From Euzebyales bacterium (GTDB lineage Bacteria; Actinomycetota; Nitriliruptoria; Euzebyales; JAHELV01), in assembly GCA_035461305.1 (NCBI GenBank), contig DATHVN010000050.1:801-64800 (forward strand): DNA of 64,000 nt. Reading direction: 5' to 3'. The notes beneath the pieces are model-generated. The model had not been told where the DNA came from. It saw only the letters and a program-made list of their open reading frames with translations, and did not search any database. Both the position numbers and the translations under genes were made by a program. Below are positions 1 through 8,445 of the stretch, piece after piece (the first letter of the stretch is position 1; each line of letters opens with the position of its first letter).

Positions 1-409
1 ACGCCTCTCCCATGACCTGTTCGGGGTCGCTGAGCAGCAGGAACGGCAGGTGCTGCCGGCGGCTGAACTGGACCTGCTGGTCGTGGGACTGGGTGCTCAG
101 ACCGTACACGGCCGCGCCGAGGCCAGCGAACTCGGCGTGCTCGTCCCGGAAGCTGCACGACTGCGGCGTGCAGCCGCGCGCGCCCGGGATGTCGTCCCAG
201 CCGATGGGTGGGTCGACGCCCGGCACGCCGGTCCGCGGGTAGATGTAGACGACCGTCCACGCCGACGACACCGCGGACAGGTCGACCATGGTCCCGTCTG
301 TCGCGAGGACCTCAACCGACGGCAGCCATCGACCGCGAAGGTGATCGGCCGCGCCGTCGTCGACCGGGCGCGGCAGGTCGGCCGGGAGCTGCAACGGATC
401 GTGCGTCAT
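1..409 (-). CDS. Peroxiredoxin (AhpC/TSA, BCP-like redoxin); the 3' end runs off the window
   Basis: Absent from the ORF track because it has no stop inside the window. Manual reverse translation from ATG (407-409) gives MTHDPLQLPADLPRPVDDGAADHLRGRWLPSVEVLATDGTMVDLSAVSSAWTVVYIYPRTGVPGVDPPIGWDDIPGARGCTPQSCSFRDEHAEFAGLGAAVYGLSTQSHDQQVQFSRRQHLPFLLLSDPEQ. It carries the GCTxQxC active-site motif of BCP-type peroxiredoxins. Confidence 0.7.
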   Translation of the reverse strand, partial: MTHDPLQLPADLPRPVDDGAADHLRGRWLPSVEVLATDGTMVDLSAVSSAWTVVYIYPRTGVPGVDPPIGWDDIPGARGCTPQSCSFRDEHAEFAGLGAAVYGLSTQSHDQQVQFSRRQHLPFLLLSDPEQVMGEA

Positions 410-480
410 GGCCCAACGATCGCACGACGTCGGTCGCGGCAACAGGGCCGACGCGCCGAGATGCACCCGCGCCAGACCCT

Positions 481-508
481 TGAGAGGACTCTCATGGGCG
501 TCTCATGG
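481..508 (+). promoter_or_regulatory. Operator-like motif, copy 1: TGAGAG-NN-CTCTCA palindrome overlapping two TCTCATGG octamers phased 11 bp apart
   Basis: TGAGAGGACTCTCATGGGCGTCTCATGG. It is 24/28 identical to 1885-1912 and ends 57 nt upstream of ATG 566. Confidence 0.5.
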
Positions 509-565
509 TCGCGCAATGCGCGCGACCGATCCTTGGGTCACGTTCAACCAACCGGAGGTTCGAAG

Positions 566-907
566 ATGATCGCTCGACTCGCCATCACCCTGCTGGTGGC
601 AGCAATCGCCGTGACCGGTGTCACATGGCTGACCTCGTCAGGGACCGCGACCGCGACCGACGAGGTCGCGACACTTCGCGAGGACGAGGACGGCGTCGTC
701 CTGGTCTCCGCAGCCGACGATGGCGACACGAACTCGAAGTCGAAGGCATCGAGGAGCAAAGACCGCTCGCGCAGCCGGGACCGCTCCTGCGACATGACCA
801 CCCGCGATCGCTCCTACTCACGCGACCGCTCGCGTGACCGCACCGGCGACCACAACACGCCTGACCGCTCGCGCAGCCGGGACCGCTCCCGCGACCGCAC
901 CGGCTGA
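566..907 (+). CDS. Small signal/anchor protein with an acidic linker and an Arg/Ser/Asp-repeat tail (DRSRSRDRS repeats)
   Basis: ATG 566 follows GGAGG (554-558). The N-terminus MIARLAITLLVAAIAVTGVTWL is hydrophobic. The tail reads ..SKSKASRSKDRSRSRDRSCDMTTRDRSYSRDRSRDRTGDHNTPDRSRSRDRSRDRTG. The DNA has an exact 27-nt internal direct repeat (761-787 = 863-889). Confidence 0.6.
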   Translation: MIARLAITLLVAAIAVTGVTWLTSSGTATATDEVATLREDEDGVVLVSAADDGDTNSKSKASRSKDRSRSRDRSCDMTTRDRSYSRDRSRDRTGDHNTPDRSRSRDRSRDRTG

Positions 908-920
908 GCCCCCGGTCCGT

Positions 921-953
921 GGGTGCCGGGCTTGTCCCGTCGGGCCGGCACCC
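921..953 (+). terminator. Hairpin between the RS-repeat gene and the kinase gene (possible terminator or attenuator)
   Basis: GGGTGCCGG (921-929) pairs with CCGGCACCC (945-953), a 9-bp GC stem with a 15-nt loop. There is no U tract. Confidence 0.35.
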
Positions 954-978
954 ACCGGTCCATTCGAGGAGGACGTGC

Positions 979-1856
979 ATGTCGCACAGTGACAGCTGGG
1001 ACCTCGCCCCCGGCGACGAGATCGCCCCCGGCCGCCGCGTCGTCGAGCCGCTGGGGCGCGGCGAGCGCTACCAGACCTATCTGGCCTTTGACGACCACCT
1101 CCTGACACAGGTGGTCGCCAAGGTGCTGCGCGCCGACCGGCGTGATGACCGCCGCGCGCGGCGCGGGCTCACCGCCGAGGCACAGCTCGTCGCGTCGGTG
1201 CGCCACCCCGTCATCGTCCGCGACTTCGGCGTGCGTCGCGACGGGCCGTGGCCCCACCTGTTGCTCGAGCACCTGGAGGGCCCGGCGCTGTCGAGCCTGC
1301 TGCGACGCCACGGCCCGCTGCCGCTGGCGCAGCTGGTGCCACTCGCGGTGCAGCTGGGCTCCGCCCTGCACTACCTGCGCCGCGAGGGCCTGGTCCACCT
1401 CGACATCAAGCCGCGCAACATCATCATGGGCGCGCCGCCGAGGCTGATCGACCTCAGCGTGGCGCACACGACCGCGCGGGCGGCACAGCTCGACCACCCC
1501 GTCGGCACCGACGCCTACATGGCACCCGAGCAGTGCCGGCCGACACCGGCAGTGCCGGTCGGCCCGCCGGCCGACATCTGGGGCTCGGTGCCACGCTGTT
1601 CGAGGCGGTCGCCGGCCGCCGCGCCTGGCCCGACGTCGACGGCTACCCCCAGACCGTCGACGGACCGGGCATGCTGCCGCCGGACACGCCGATGCCGCTG
1701 GTCGAGGTGATCTTCGCGTGCCTCGACCGCGATCCGGCGGCGCGTCCCGAGGCGGCCGAACTGGTCGACGCGGTCGAGCCGCTGCTGGCCGCGATTCCTC
1801 GGCGTCCCGTGCTCAGCCGGTTGCGCCCCCGCCTGGTCGGTGCCGGCCGCCGCTGA
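979..1856 (+). pseudogene. Ser/Thr protein kinase (Hanks type, kinase domain only), with one frameshift at a G run (1580-1583)
   Basis: ORF 919..1710 carries VAKVL (Lys), HLDIKPRNIIM (catalytic loop), DLS and GTDAYMAPEQ, then degenerates after ADIWG. ORF 1248..1856 continues as GLGATLFEAVAGRRAWPD..LDRDPAARP. The frames join if one G is added to GGGG 1580-1583. ATG 979 follows GAGGAGGA. Confidence 0.8.
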
Positions 1857-1884
1857 CGGCAACAGGACCGCTTCCGGGCGAACA

Positions 1885-1912
1885 TGAGAGAACTCTCATG
1901 TCCGTCTCATCG
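1885..1912 (+). promoter_or_regulatory. Operator-like motif, copy 2
   Basis: TGAGAGAACTCTCATGTCCGTCTCATCG. It has the same palindrome (1885-1898), and its two TCTCAT octamers start at 1894 and 1905, 11 bp apart. It ends 32 nt upstream of ATG 1945. Confidence 0.5.
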
Positions 1913-1944
1913 CTGTGACACGACGGGACGCGACCGTAGGTGCC

Positions 1945-2349
1945 ATGAGTGCACAGATCTACCGCCTGCTGCTCATCATGACGATCGTGCTGGGGATGGT
2001 CGCCGGGCTCTGGTTCCTGCCGCGTGGGTTCAGCTTCGGGTCGACCGTGCCACCGCAGCCGATCGAGCTGCGGTCGATGCCCACCATCGGGCCGACCGTG
2101 ACCCCTGACCCGGCGCCACCGTCGTCCGTGGACGACGACGTTGCGAACGACGATGATGGCGCGGACGACAGCGACGGCAGGCTCGACGACGCCGATGACG
2201 ACGGACGCACCTCCAGGCGCGCGGACCTGCGCGGGCGGCGGGTGGACGTGCCGGCCACCGGTGGAGGCGGCGTCGCGGACGATGACGCCGACCACGCCGG
2301 TGGCGACGACGATGACGGACTCGACGACGAGGACGATGACGACGACTGA
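1945..2349 (+). CDS. Small membrane-anchored protein with an extremely Asp-rich C-terminal tail
   Basis: MSAQIYRLLLIMTIVLGMVAGLWFL is a TM helix. The tail reads ..SSVDDDVANDDDGADDSDGRLDDADDDG...GGVADDDADHAGGDDDDGLDDEDDDDD. The start could also be GTG 1915. The 3' end overlaps the HK start. Confidence 0.55.
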   Translation: MSAQIYRLLLIMTIVLGMVAGLWFLPRGFSFGSTVPPQPIELRSMPTIGPTVTPDPAPPSSVDDDVANDDDGADDSDGRLDDADDDGRTSRRADLRGRRVDVPATGGGGVADDDADHAGGDDDDGLDDEDDDDD

Positions 2350-3866
2350 CGCCCATCGGGTCGAGTCGTCGCCGCGGGCCGTCCCGACGTCGGACACCGC
2401 CGCCGACCAGCCGCCGCGGGCCGGGCGGCCCCCGCGGCGGTCGCTGGGGTCCCTGCGGTCCCGTCTCGCCGGCGACGCAAGGACCCGCGTCCTCGCGTGG
2501 TTCGTGGCGGTCGTGGCGATCGCCGTCGTCGGGTCGGTGCTCGTGGGGCGGCAGGTCCTGCTCGGCCGCCTCGAGGCGCGCATCGACGCCGAGCTACGCC
2601 AGGAGGTCGAGGAGCTGCGTCGGCTGGCCGCGGGCGACGACCCCGCCACCGGCGAGCCGTTCGCCGGCGACGTCGAGCGCATCTTCGATCTGTACGTGCT
2701 GCGCAACGTCGCCTACCGCCAGGAGCGCGTGTTCTTCTACGTCGACGGTGCGCCCCACCGTCCGGAGCCGCTGCCGGTCGGCTACCGGCCGCCGCCCGAC
2801 GTCGAGCGGCGCTGGGCGGCGATCGACGCGCCGGAGCGGGACCGCTTCACGTCCGGGGTCGGGGTCGTCGACTACCTCGCGGTGCCGCTCCAGGAGGTCG
2901 GGCAGCAGCGCGGCGTCTTCGTGGTGGCCATCTACGGCGACGTCGAGCGCCGCGAGATCGCCCAGGTCGTGACGACGATGAGCGTCGTCGGCGTGATCGC
3001 CATCCTGCTCGCCGCCGGCATCGCCTGGTTCGGGGCGGGGCGCATCCTGGCGCCGATCCGCCGGCTCACCGAGACCGCCCAGGCGATCAGCGACCGCGAC
3101 CTGACGCAGCGGATCGAGGTCGAAGGCGACGATGACGTCGCCCGCCTGGGCCGGACGTTCAACGCGATGCTCGACAGACTGCAGGGCGCCTTCGCCAGCC
3201 AGCGCCAGTTCCTCAACGACGTCGGCCACGAGCTGCGCACGCCCATCACGATCGTGCGTGGTCACCTCGAGGTGTTCGGTGACGACCCGCAGGAGCGCCG
3301 TGAGACGGTCGCGCTGGTAGTCGACGAGCTCGAGCGGATGCGCCGCCTGGTCGACGACCTCGTGGTGCTCGCGCGGGCGGAGCAGCCGGACTTCCTGGAG
3401 CTTGCTCCCGTCGACGTGTCCGAGCTCGTCGGTGAGATCCTCCGCAAGGCCGAGCGCATCGGCCGACAGGTCGTGGGGGCTCGGGCGCACCGACGAGGGC
3501 GTGATCGTCGCCGACCGCCAGCGCCTGACCCAGGCGGTCATCCAGCTGGCGCAGAACGCTGTGGACCACACTGGCGAGGGTGAGCCGATCACGCTCGACG
3601 CGGTGCTGCGCGGTAGCGAAGCGCGGCTTTCTGTCCGCGACGCCGGCCCAGGGTTCGGCGGGACCGACCCGGAGCGGCTGTTCGACCGGTTCTTCGGTGA
3701 GCGCAGTGACGGGACCGGCCTTGGGCTGGCGATCGTGCGAGCCATCGCCGAGGCCCACGGCGGCAGCGCCAGCGCCCGCCACGCCGCGGGCGGTGGCGCG
3801 CTGGTCACCATCGCGGTCGCCCGTGACCCCCGCGACGCCGGCGGCGACTGGCACGGGGACGCGTGA
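2336..3866 (+). pseudogene. Sensor histidine kinase (2 TM, HAMP, HisKA, HATPase_c), with one frameshift near 3461-3464
   Basis: ORF 2141..3583 has TM1 VLAWFVAVVAIAVVGSVLVG, TM2, HAMP and the H-box FLNDVGHELRTPIT. ORF 3402..3866 has the N-box LAQNAVDHT, G1 VRDAGPGF and G2 GTGLGLAIV. The frames join as KAERIG-DRSWGLG if one C of GGCC is removed. The start at ATG 2336 is a guess. Confidence 0.8.
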
Positions 3867-4541
3867 TGGCACGGATCCTGGTGGTCGAGGACGAGGCGCG
3901 CATCGCATCGTTCCTGGTCAAGGGCCTCGGCGCGCAGGGCCATAGCGCCAGCGTCACCTACGGGCGTCGAGGCGCTCAGCAGGGCACGTGCCAGCGAGCC
4001 CGACCTGGTCCTGCTGGACCTCGGCCTGCCCGACATCGACGGGCTCGACGTGCTCACCTCGCTGCGGCGGTTCGCGACACGGTTGCCGGTGATCGTGCTG
4101 ACCGCCAGGGACGAGGTCGCCGACACCGTTGCGGCGCTCGACGCGGGTGCCGACGACTACCTGTCCAAGCCGTTCGCGTTCGACGAGCTGCTCGCGCGCA
4201 TCCGGGTGTGCCTGCGGGACGACCGGACCGGCGACTCGACCGTGCTGCGCTGCGGTGACATCGAGCTCGACATGCGCAGCCGCCAGATCGTCCGCGACGA
4301 CGAGACCTTCGAGCTGACCGCCAGGGAGTATGCGCTGGCCGAGGTGTTCTTTCGGCACCCGGGCCAGGTGCTGTCGCGCGAGCAGCTGCTGAGCAACGTC
4401 TGGGGCTACGACTACGACCCGGAGTCCAACGTCGTCGACGTGTACGTCGGCTACCTGCGCCGCAAGGTCGGACGTGACCGCATCGCCACCGTCCGCGGGA
4501 TGGGTTACCGCCTGATCGACGTTCAGCGGGGCGACGTGTAG
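3866..4541 (+). pseudogene. OmpR/PhoB-family response regulator, with one frameshift at a GGG run (3962-3964)
   Basis: ORF 3863.. reads MARILVVEDEARIASFLVKGLGAQGHSASVTY. A shifted frame gives GVEALSRARASEPDLVLLDLGLPDIDGLDVL, and ORF 4050..4541 holds the rest of the receiver plus the winged helix (..VDVYVGYLRRKV..VRGMGYRL). ATG 3866 overlaps the HK stop (TGATG). Confidence 0.8.
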
Positions 4542-4616
4542 CCTGCCTCGTCTGCGAGTAGTCGGTCAGCGGGCCCGTTGCACGATGCCCTGCCAGACCC
4601 CCTGGAGGAACGTCAC

Positions 4617-5585
4617 ATGCCGACGCTGCGACCCGAGACCGTGGCGCAGTTCCGTCCGCTCGCCGAGCTCGTGCCCGAGTGGTGGACGACAGGATCGACG
4701 ACCGCCGCCGACGGCAGCCACCTGCACTGGACGGACACGGGCCGTGACGGCCCGCCGGTCGTCCTGCTGCACGGCGTGCAGGTCGACGGCCTCAGCTGGC
4801 AGCGCACGGCACAGGCGCTCGAGGGACGGCACCGCGTGGTCATGCCCGACCTGCGTGGTCACGGACGGTCGGGACGTGTGCGCGGCACCGTGGACGCGAC
4901 GACACTCGTCGATGACGTCCGCACGGTCCTCGCAGCGGCCGGGGTGCACCGCCCCGTCCTGGTCGGCCACTCCATGGGCGCCGACGTCGCGGGCCGCCTC
5001 GCGGCACAGGAGGAGGTGCGGGGGGTGGTGCTGGCCGACCCGGCTCTGCGTCCGATGCCGCCGGCGGCATTCGAGGTGGATGATCCGCCACGCTGGATGG
5101 CGGCGCTCTTCGACAGCCTGTGCGCGCTGGGCACGCAGCCGCACGCCGAGCGGATGGTGACGGGCCTGGACACGCTGCCACCCGGCGGCGAGGTCGACTG
5201 GCACGAGGCCGACTACGTCAGCTACGTCGAAGGCCAGTCGCGGTTCGACCTGGGCCTGTACCGCCACCTCGATCCCGACGCGCCACCGCTGGCCGCCTCG
5301 CCGGAGGTCATCGCGGCGATCGCCTGCCCGATCCTCCTGCTGACCGCCGGGCCGATACTGCCGGGCGCGGACATCGATGCCGACGTCGCCCCGCTCACCG
5401 CGCACTGGCGCCATGGCCGGCACGTCCACTTCGCCGACAGCGGGCACGCCATCCCGGCCGACCGGTTCGATCACTTCATCGACGTCGTGACCGGGTTCAT
5501 CGACGCGCTGCCGGCGGACCCCCGACGGCGGACGCTGACCCGGCGGCTGTGGATGGTGCGCACGAGGTCGCGCCGCAACCGCTAG
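4617..5585 (+). CDS. Alpha/beta-fold hydrolase
   Basis: HGVQVDGLSW, DLRGHGRS and the nucleophile elbow GHSMG. ATG 4617 follows GGAGGA. Confidence 0.8.
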   Translation: MPTLRPETVAQFRPLAELVPEWWTTGSTTAADGSHLHWTDTGRDGPPVVLLHGVQVDGLSWQRTAQALEGRHRVVMPDLRGHGRSGRVRGTVDATTLVDDVRTVLAAAGVHRPVLVGHSMGADVAGRLAAQEEVRGVVLADPALRPMPPAAFEVDDPPRWMAALFDSLCALGTQPHAERMVTGLDTLPPGGEVDWHEADYVSYVEGQSRFDLGLYRHLDPDAPPLAASPEVIAAIACPILLLTAGPILPGADIDADVAPLTAHWRHGRHVHFADSGHAIPADRFDHFIDVVTGFIDALPADPRRRTLTRRLWMVRTRSRRNR

Positions 5586-5671
5586 CGTGGTGGTCACGCG
5601 CGCCCCACGTCGGGCATCAAATTTCTCAAACGGAGTAACCCGGCATGCGTGCGTTCTCGATTGGAATGAGC

Positions 5672-5875
5672 ATGCCAGAAGGTACCGTCAAGTGGTTCAA
5701 CGCCGACAAGGGCTACGGGTTCATCAGCCCCGAGGACGGCGGCAATGACCTGTTCGTGCACTTCTCCTCGATCGTGGGCTCGGGCTACAAGAGCCTCGAC
5801 GACGGCCAGCGCGTGAGCTTCACCGTCACCGAGGGCCAGAAGGGCCCGCAGGCCAGCGACGTCCAGGCCTTGTAG
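5672..5875 (+). CDS. cspA: Cold-shock protein (CspA family)
   Basis: [34 protein letters not shown].., containing the RNP1/RNP2 motifs KGYGFI and VFVHF-like. Confidence 0.95.
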   Translation: MPEGTVKWFNADKGYGFISPEDGGNDLFVHFSSIVGSGYKSLDDGQRVSFTVTEGQKGPQASDVQAL

Positions 5876-5934
5876 CGCCGCGACCACAGGACGTGCGGTC
5901 CGGCCCACGCGTCGGGCCGCCCGAAAGCACACGA

Positions 5935-5956
5935 GAGCCCCGCTCCGGCGGGGTTC
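5935..5956 (+). terminator. Intrinsic-terminator-like hairpin after cspA
   Basis: GAGCCCCGC-TCCG-GCGGGGTTC followed by TC. Confidence 0.5.
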
Positions 5957-6042
5957 TCCGCTGTCCGGCCGCACGACCGTCGGTCCCTGCCCACGCCGGC
6001 TCGCGAGGCCGCTACGGTGAAGCGGTCGACGAGGGGAGCAGC

Positions 6043-6438
6043 ATGCACATCGTCCGGGCGGCACAGGTGACGGCACGCGCAGCGGATCCCGCCAAGTGGA
6101 CCTCGCAGGTGTGGCGTGCCGACATCCTGACGACGTCGACCGGTGGGCTGCGCAGCAACCGGTTCACCTACGCGCCGGGCCACCGGTCCAACTGGCACGT
6201 CCACGAAGGTGAGCAGGCGCTGGTCGTGCTGTGCGGTCGCGGCCTGATCATGTGGGAGGGCCTCGACGTCGCCGAGACGCTCGGACCGGGGGACTGGGTG
6301 CACGTCAGCCCCGGCGTCGCCCACTGGCACGGTGCGGTCCCCGACGAGACGTTCGTGCACCTCGCGGTCACCGCCACTGGCGGCACGGTGTGGCATGGAC
6401 CGGTCGACGACGACGCCTACCGCACCGCGCTCAGCTGA
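6043..6438 (+). CDS. Cupin-domain protein
   Basis: APGHRSNWHVHEGEQALVVLCGRG...GDWVHVSPGVAHWHG, which contains the cupin motifs. ATG 6043 follows GAGGGGA. Confidence 0.7.
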   Translation: MHIVRAAQVTARAADPAKWTSQVWRADILTTSTGGLRSNRFTYAPGHRSNWHVHEGEQALVVLCGRGLIMWEGLDVAETLGPGDWVHVSPGVAHWHGAVPDETFVHLAVTATGGTVWHGPVDDDAYRTALS

Positions 6439-6664
6439 CGCCGCCCTCGTCCTCGGGCGCGTTGACGACCGCCCACGCCTTCGGTCCGACGATGTCGTCG
6501 ACGACGAGGTCGGCCTGACGCTGCAACTGCTTGACGGCGGCCTCCGTCCTCGCCCCGACGATGCCGTCCACGGGCCCGGGATCGAAGCCGAGCCGGGTGA
6601 GGGGCCCCCTGCAGATCCCGGACGGCCCTCCCGCGGGATCCCGGCGCGACTGGGGTTGTGTCAC
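6431..6664 (-). CDS. Short peptidoglycan-binding-domain (PG_binding_1-like) protein, possibly a remnant
   Basis: ..LTRLGFDPGPVDGIVGARTEAAVKQLQRQADLVVDDIVGPKAWAVV. A second fragment, ELAVDGIVGPLTWVAL, lies in another frame at 6727-6873. Start and integrity are uncertain. Confidence 0.35.
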   Translation of the reverse strand: MTQPQSRRDPAGGPSGICRGPLTRLGFDPGPVDGIVGARTEAAVKQLQRQADLVVDDIVGPKAWAVVNAPEDEGGVS

Positions 6665-6875
6665 GGTGCGACCTCCATCGCCACGGTCGACAGGGCCGTC
6701 GCAGTGTCGTGTCGTCCTGTCGTCCGCTACCCGGCGAGCATGCCGGACACCAGTGCCACCCACGTCAGAGGGCCGACGATGCCGTCGACCGCCAGTTCCT
6801 CGTCGTGCTGGATGGCCCCGCACCGCCCGTCACTGCTGCACAGAGGCGACGCACGCACGCGTGATACCGCGTACA

Positions 6876-7235
6876 TCAGAGTCGGCGGCGCCCCATCAGT
6901 CCGAGGTCCACGGGGTGCCACCAGGCGAGCTCGGGTTCTCCCTCCAGCCAGCACAGCAGCACCGACTGCCCGTCGCGGGTCGCCGGGAAGTCCAGCAGCA
7001 GCGGCGCGAAGCCCTTGACCTGCACGCCCTGGTCGCGGAAGGGGCTGAGGTACGTGTCCAGGCGTGCCTCGAGCGCCTTCAGCTCGGCGATGCCGCCGGC
7101 CGCGGACGCGCGTTCGTGCTCGAGCGCCCACCGCAGCTCGGCGAACTCGGCACGCAGGTCGATGAACGCCGCGATCGACTGCTCGGCATCGGCCAGCACG
7201 GCACGTGCCTCGTCGACGGTGAACAGGCGCTCCAC
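6876..7235 (-). CDS. DUF2203-family protein
   Basis: VERLFTVDEARAVL...GVQVKGFAPLLLDFPATRDGQSVLLCWLEGEPELAWWHPVDLGLMGRRRL matches the family pattern. The start (GTG 7235) is uncertain, and an upstream ATG at 7443 is also in frame. Confidence 0.7.
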   Translation of the reverse strand: MERLFTVDEARAVLADAEQSIAAFIDLRAEFAELRWALEHERASAAGGIAELKALEARLDTYLSPFRDQGVQVKGFAPLLLDFPATRDGQSVLLCWLEGEPELAWWHPVDLGLMGRRRL

Positions 7236-7700
7236 GACCAACCAGTATGTCGGCGTGACCGGGTGCCGTCGCCCGATGCCGGTTCCGCACGCCTGGCGGG
7301 ACGCACTCGACCTGCGGTGTCGTCCGGCGCTGACAGTGGCCGCGGGTGTGGTCAGCCGCGGGTGGTCCAAGGCCACAGGCCGGTGGTGGGCGGCGTCCAC
7401 GCCCTCGTAGATGTCGGTTCGTTCGTCGGTCAGGTAGCCGCTCATCGGTCGGTGACTCCCCGCGTCATCGGGCCGCGCGCAGTTGCGCGCGTCATGCGCA
7501 TGGCCCGCGTCGTGTCTTCGCCGCACTGGTCGGTCCGGCTTGGGCAGACCGTTGACCGGAGCGTGTCGACGGCGTCACGACGGGACGAAGCTTCTGCGAT
7601 GGCCGTCCGGGTGGCCACGGTGCGCGCTGGCACGTTCGTGTCCAGCGACCTAGCCCTGTACGGTGCGCAGCGGGTGGGTCGAGCCGAGGGGAGCTCCCAC

Positions 7701-8396
7701 ATGGTGCGGATCGTGTTGGTGACCGGCGGCAACCGTGGCATCGGCCGTGAGGTCGTCCGCCAGGTCGTCGCGGCCGGCGACACCGCGCTGTTGGGCGCAC
7801 GTAACGTCGTCCAGTCCCGCGAGGTCGCGACCGCGCTCGCCGACGGTGCCGGTCGCTGCGAGATCGTGCCGCTCGACGTCGCCGACCCGGCCGGCATCAA
7901 CCGCGCCGCCAGGCACGTCACCAACGCCCACGGCCGCCTGGACGTGCTGATCAACAACGCCGCGATCCACTACGATACCCACCAGCGTGGCGTCGACGCC
8001 GACCTGCGGATCGTCGAGGAGGCGCTGCAGACCAACCTGCTGGGTGCATGGCGGGTGATCCAGGCGTTCCTGCCGCTGTTGCGGCGCAGCACGCATCCCA
8101 GGATCGTCAACGTCTCGAGCCAGAGCGGGTCGCTTGCGTCGATGGGCGGCGGCACGCCCGCCTACTCGGTCAGCAAGGCGGCGCTCAACGCCCTCACCCG
8201 CGTGCTGGCCGACGAACTGCGCTCCGACGGGGTGCTGGTCAACGCCGTGTGCCCGGGGTGGACCGCGACCGACATGGGCGGGCGGGGCGGCCGCCCGGTC
8301 GCCGACGGCGCGGCGTCGGTCATGTGGGCGGTCGATCTGTCCGACGACGGCCCGACGGGCGGCTTCTTCCGCGACGGCAGGCCACTGCCGTGGTGA
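7701..8396 (+). CDS. Classical SDR-family oxidoreductase
   Basis: VTGGNRGIGRE, NNAA and the catalytic YSVSK. Confidence 0.85.
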   Translation: MVRIVLVTGGNRGIGREVVRQVVAAGDTALLGARNVVQSREVATALADGAGRCEIVPLDVADPAGINRAARHVTNAHGRLDVLINNAAIHYDTHQRGVDADLRIVEEALQTNLLGAWRVIQAFLPLLRRSTHPRIVNVSSQSGSLASMGGGTPAYSVSKAALNALTRVLADELRSDGVLVNAVCPGWTATDMGGRGGRPVADGAASVMWAVDLSDDGPTGGFFRDGRPLPW

Positions 8397-8445
8397 CGGC
8401 CGCCGGCGGTCACGCACGGTGGAGGGACGCGATCCCTGGTGGCTG

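Noticed and set aside
2141-2335. N-terminal extension of the histidine kinase overlapping the poly-Asp gene
   Set aside because: The upstream part of ORF 2141..3583 translates to Thr/Ala/Pro/Met-rich low-complexity sequence, the alternate frame of the Asp-codon repeats. ATG 2336 after a GAGGA-like RBS is more plausible, but the start remains uncertain.
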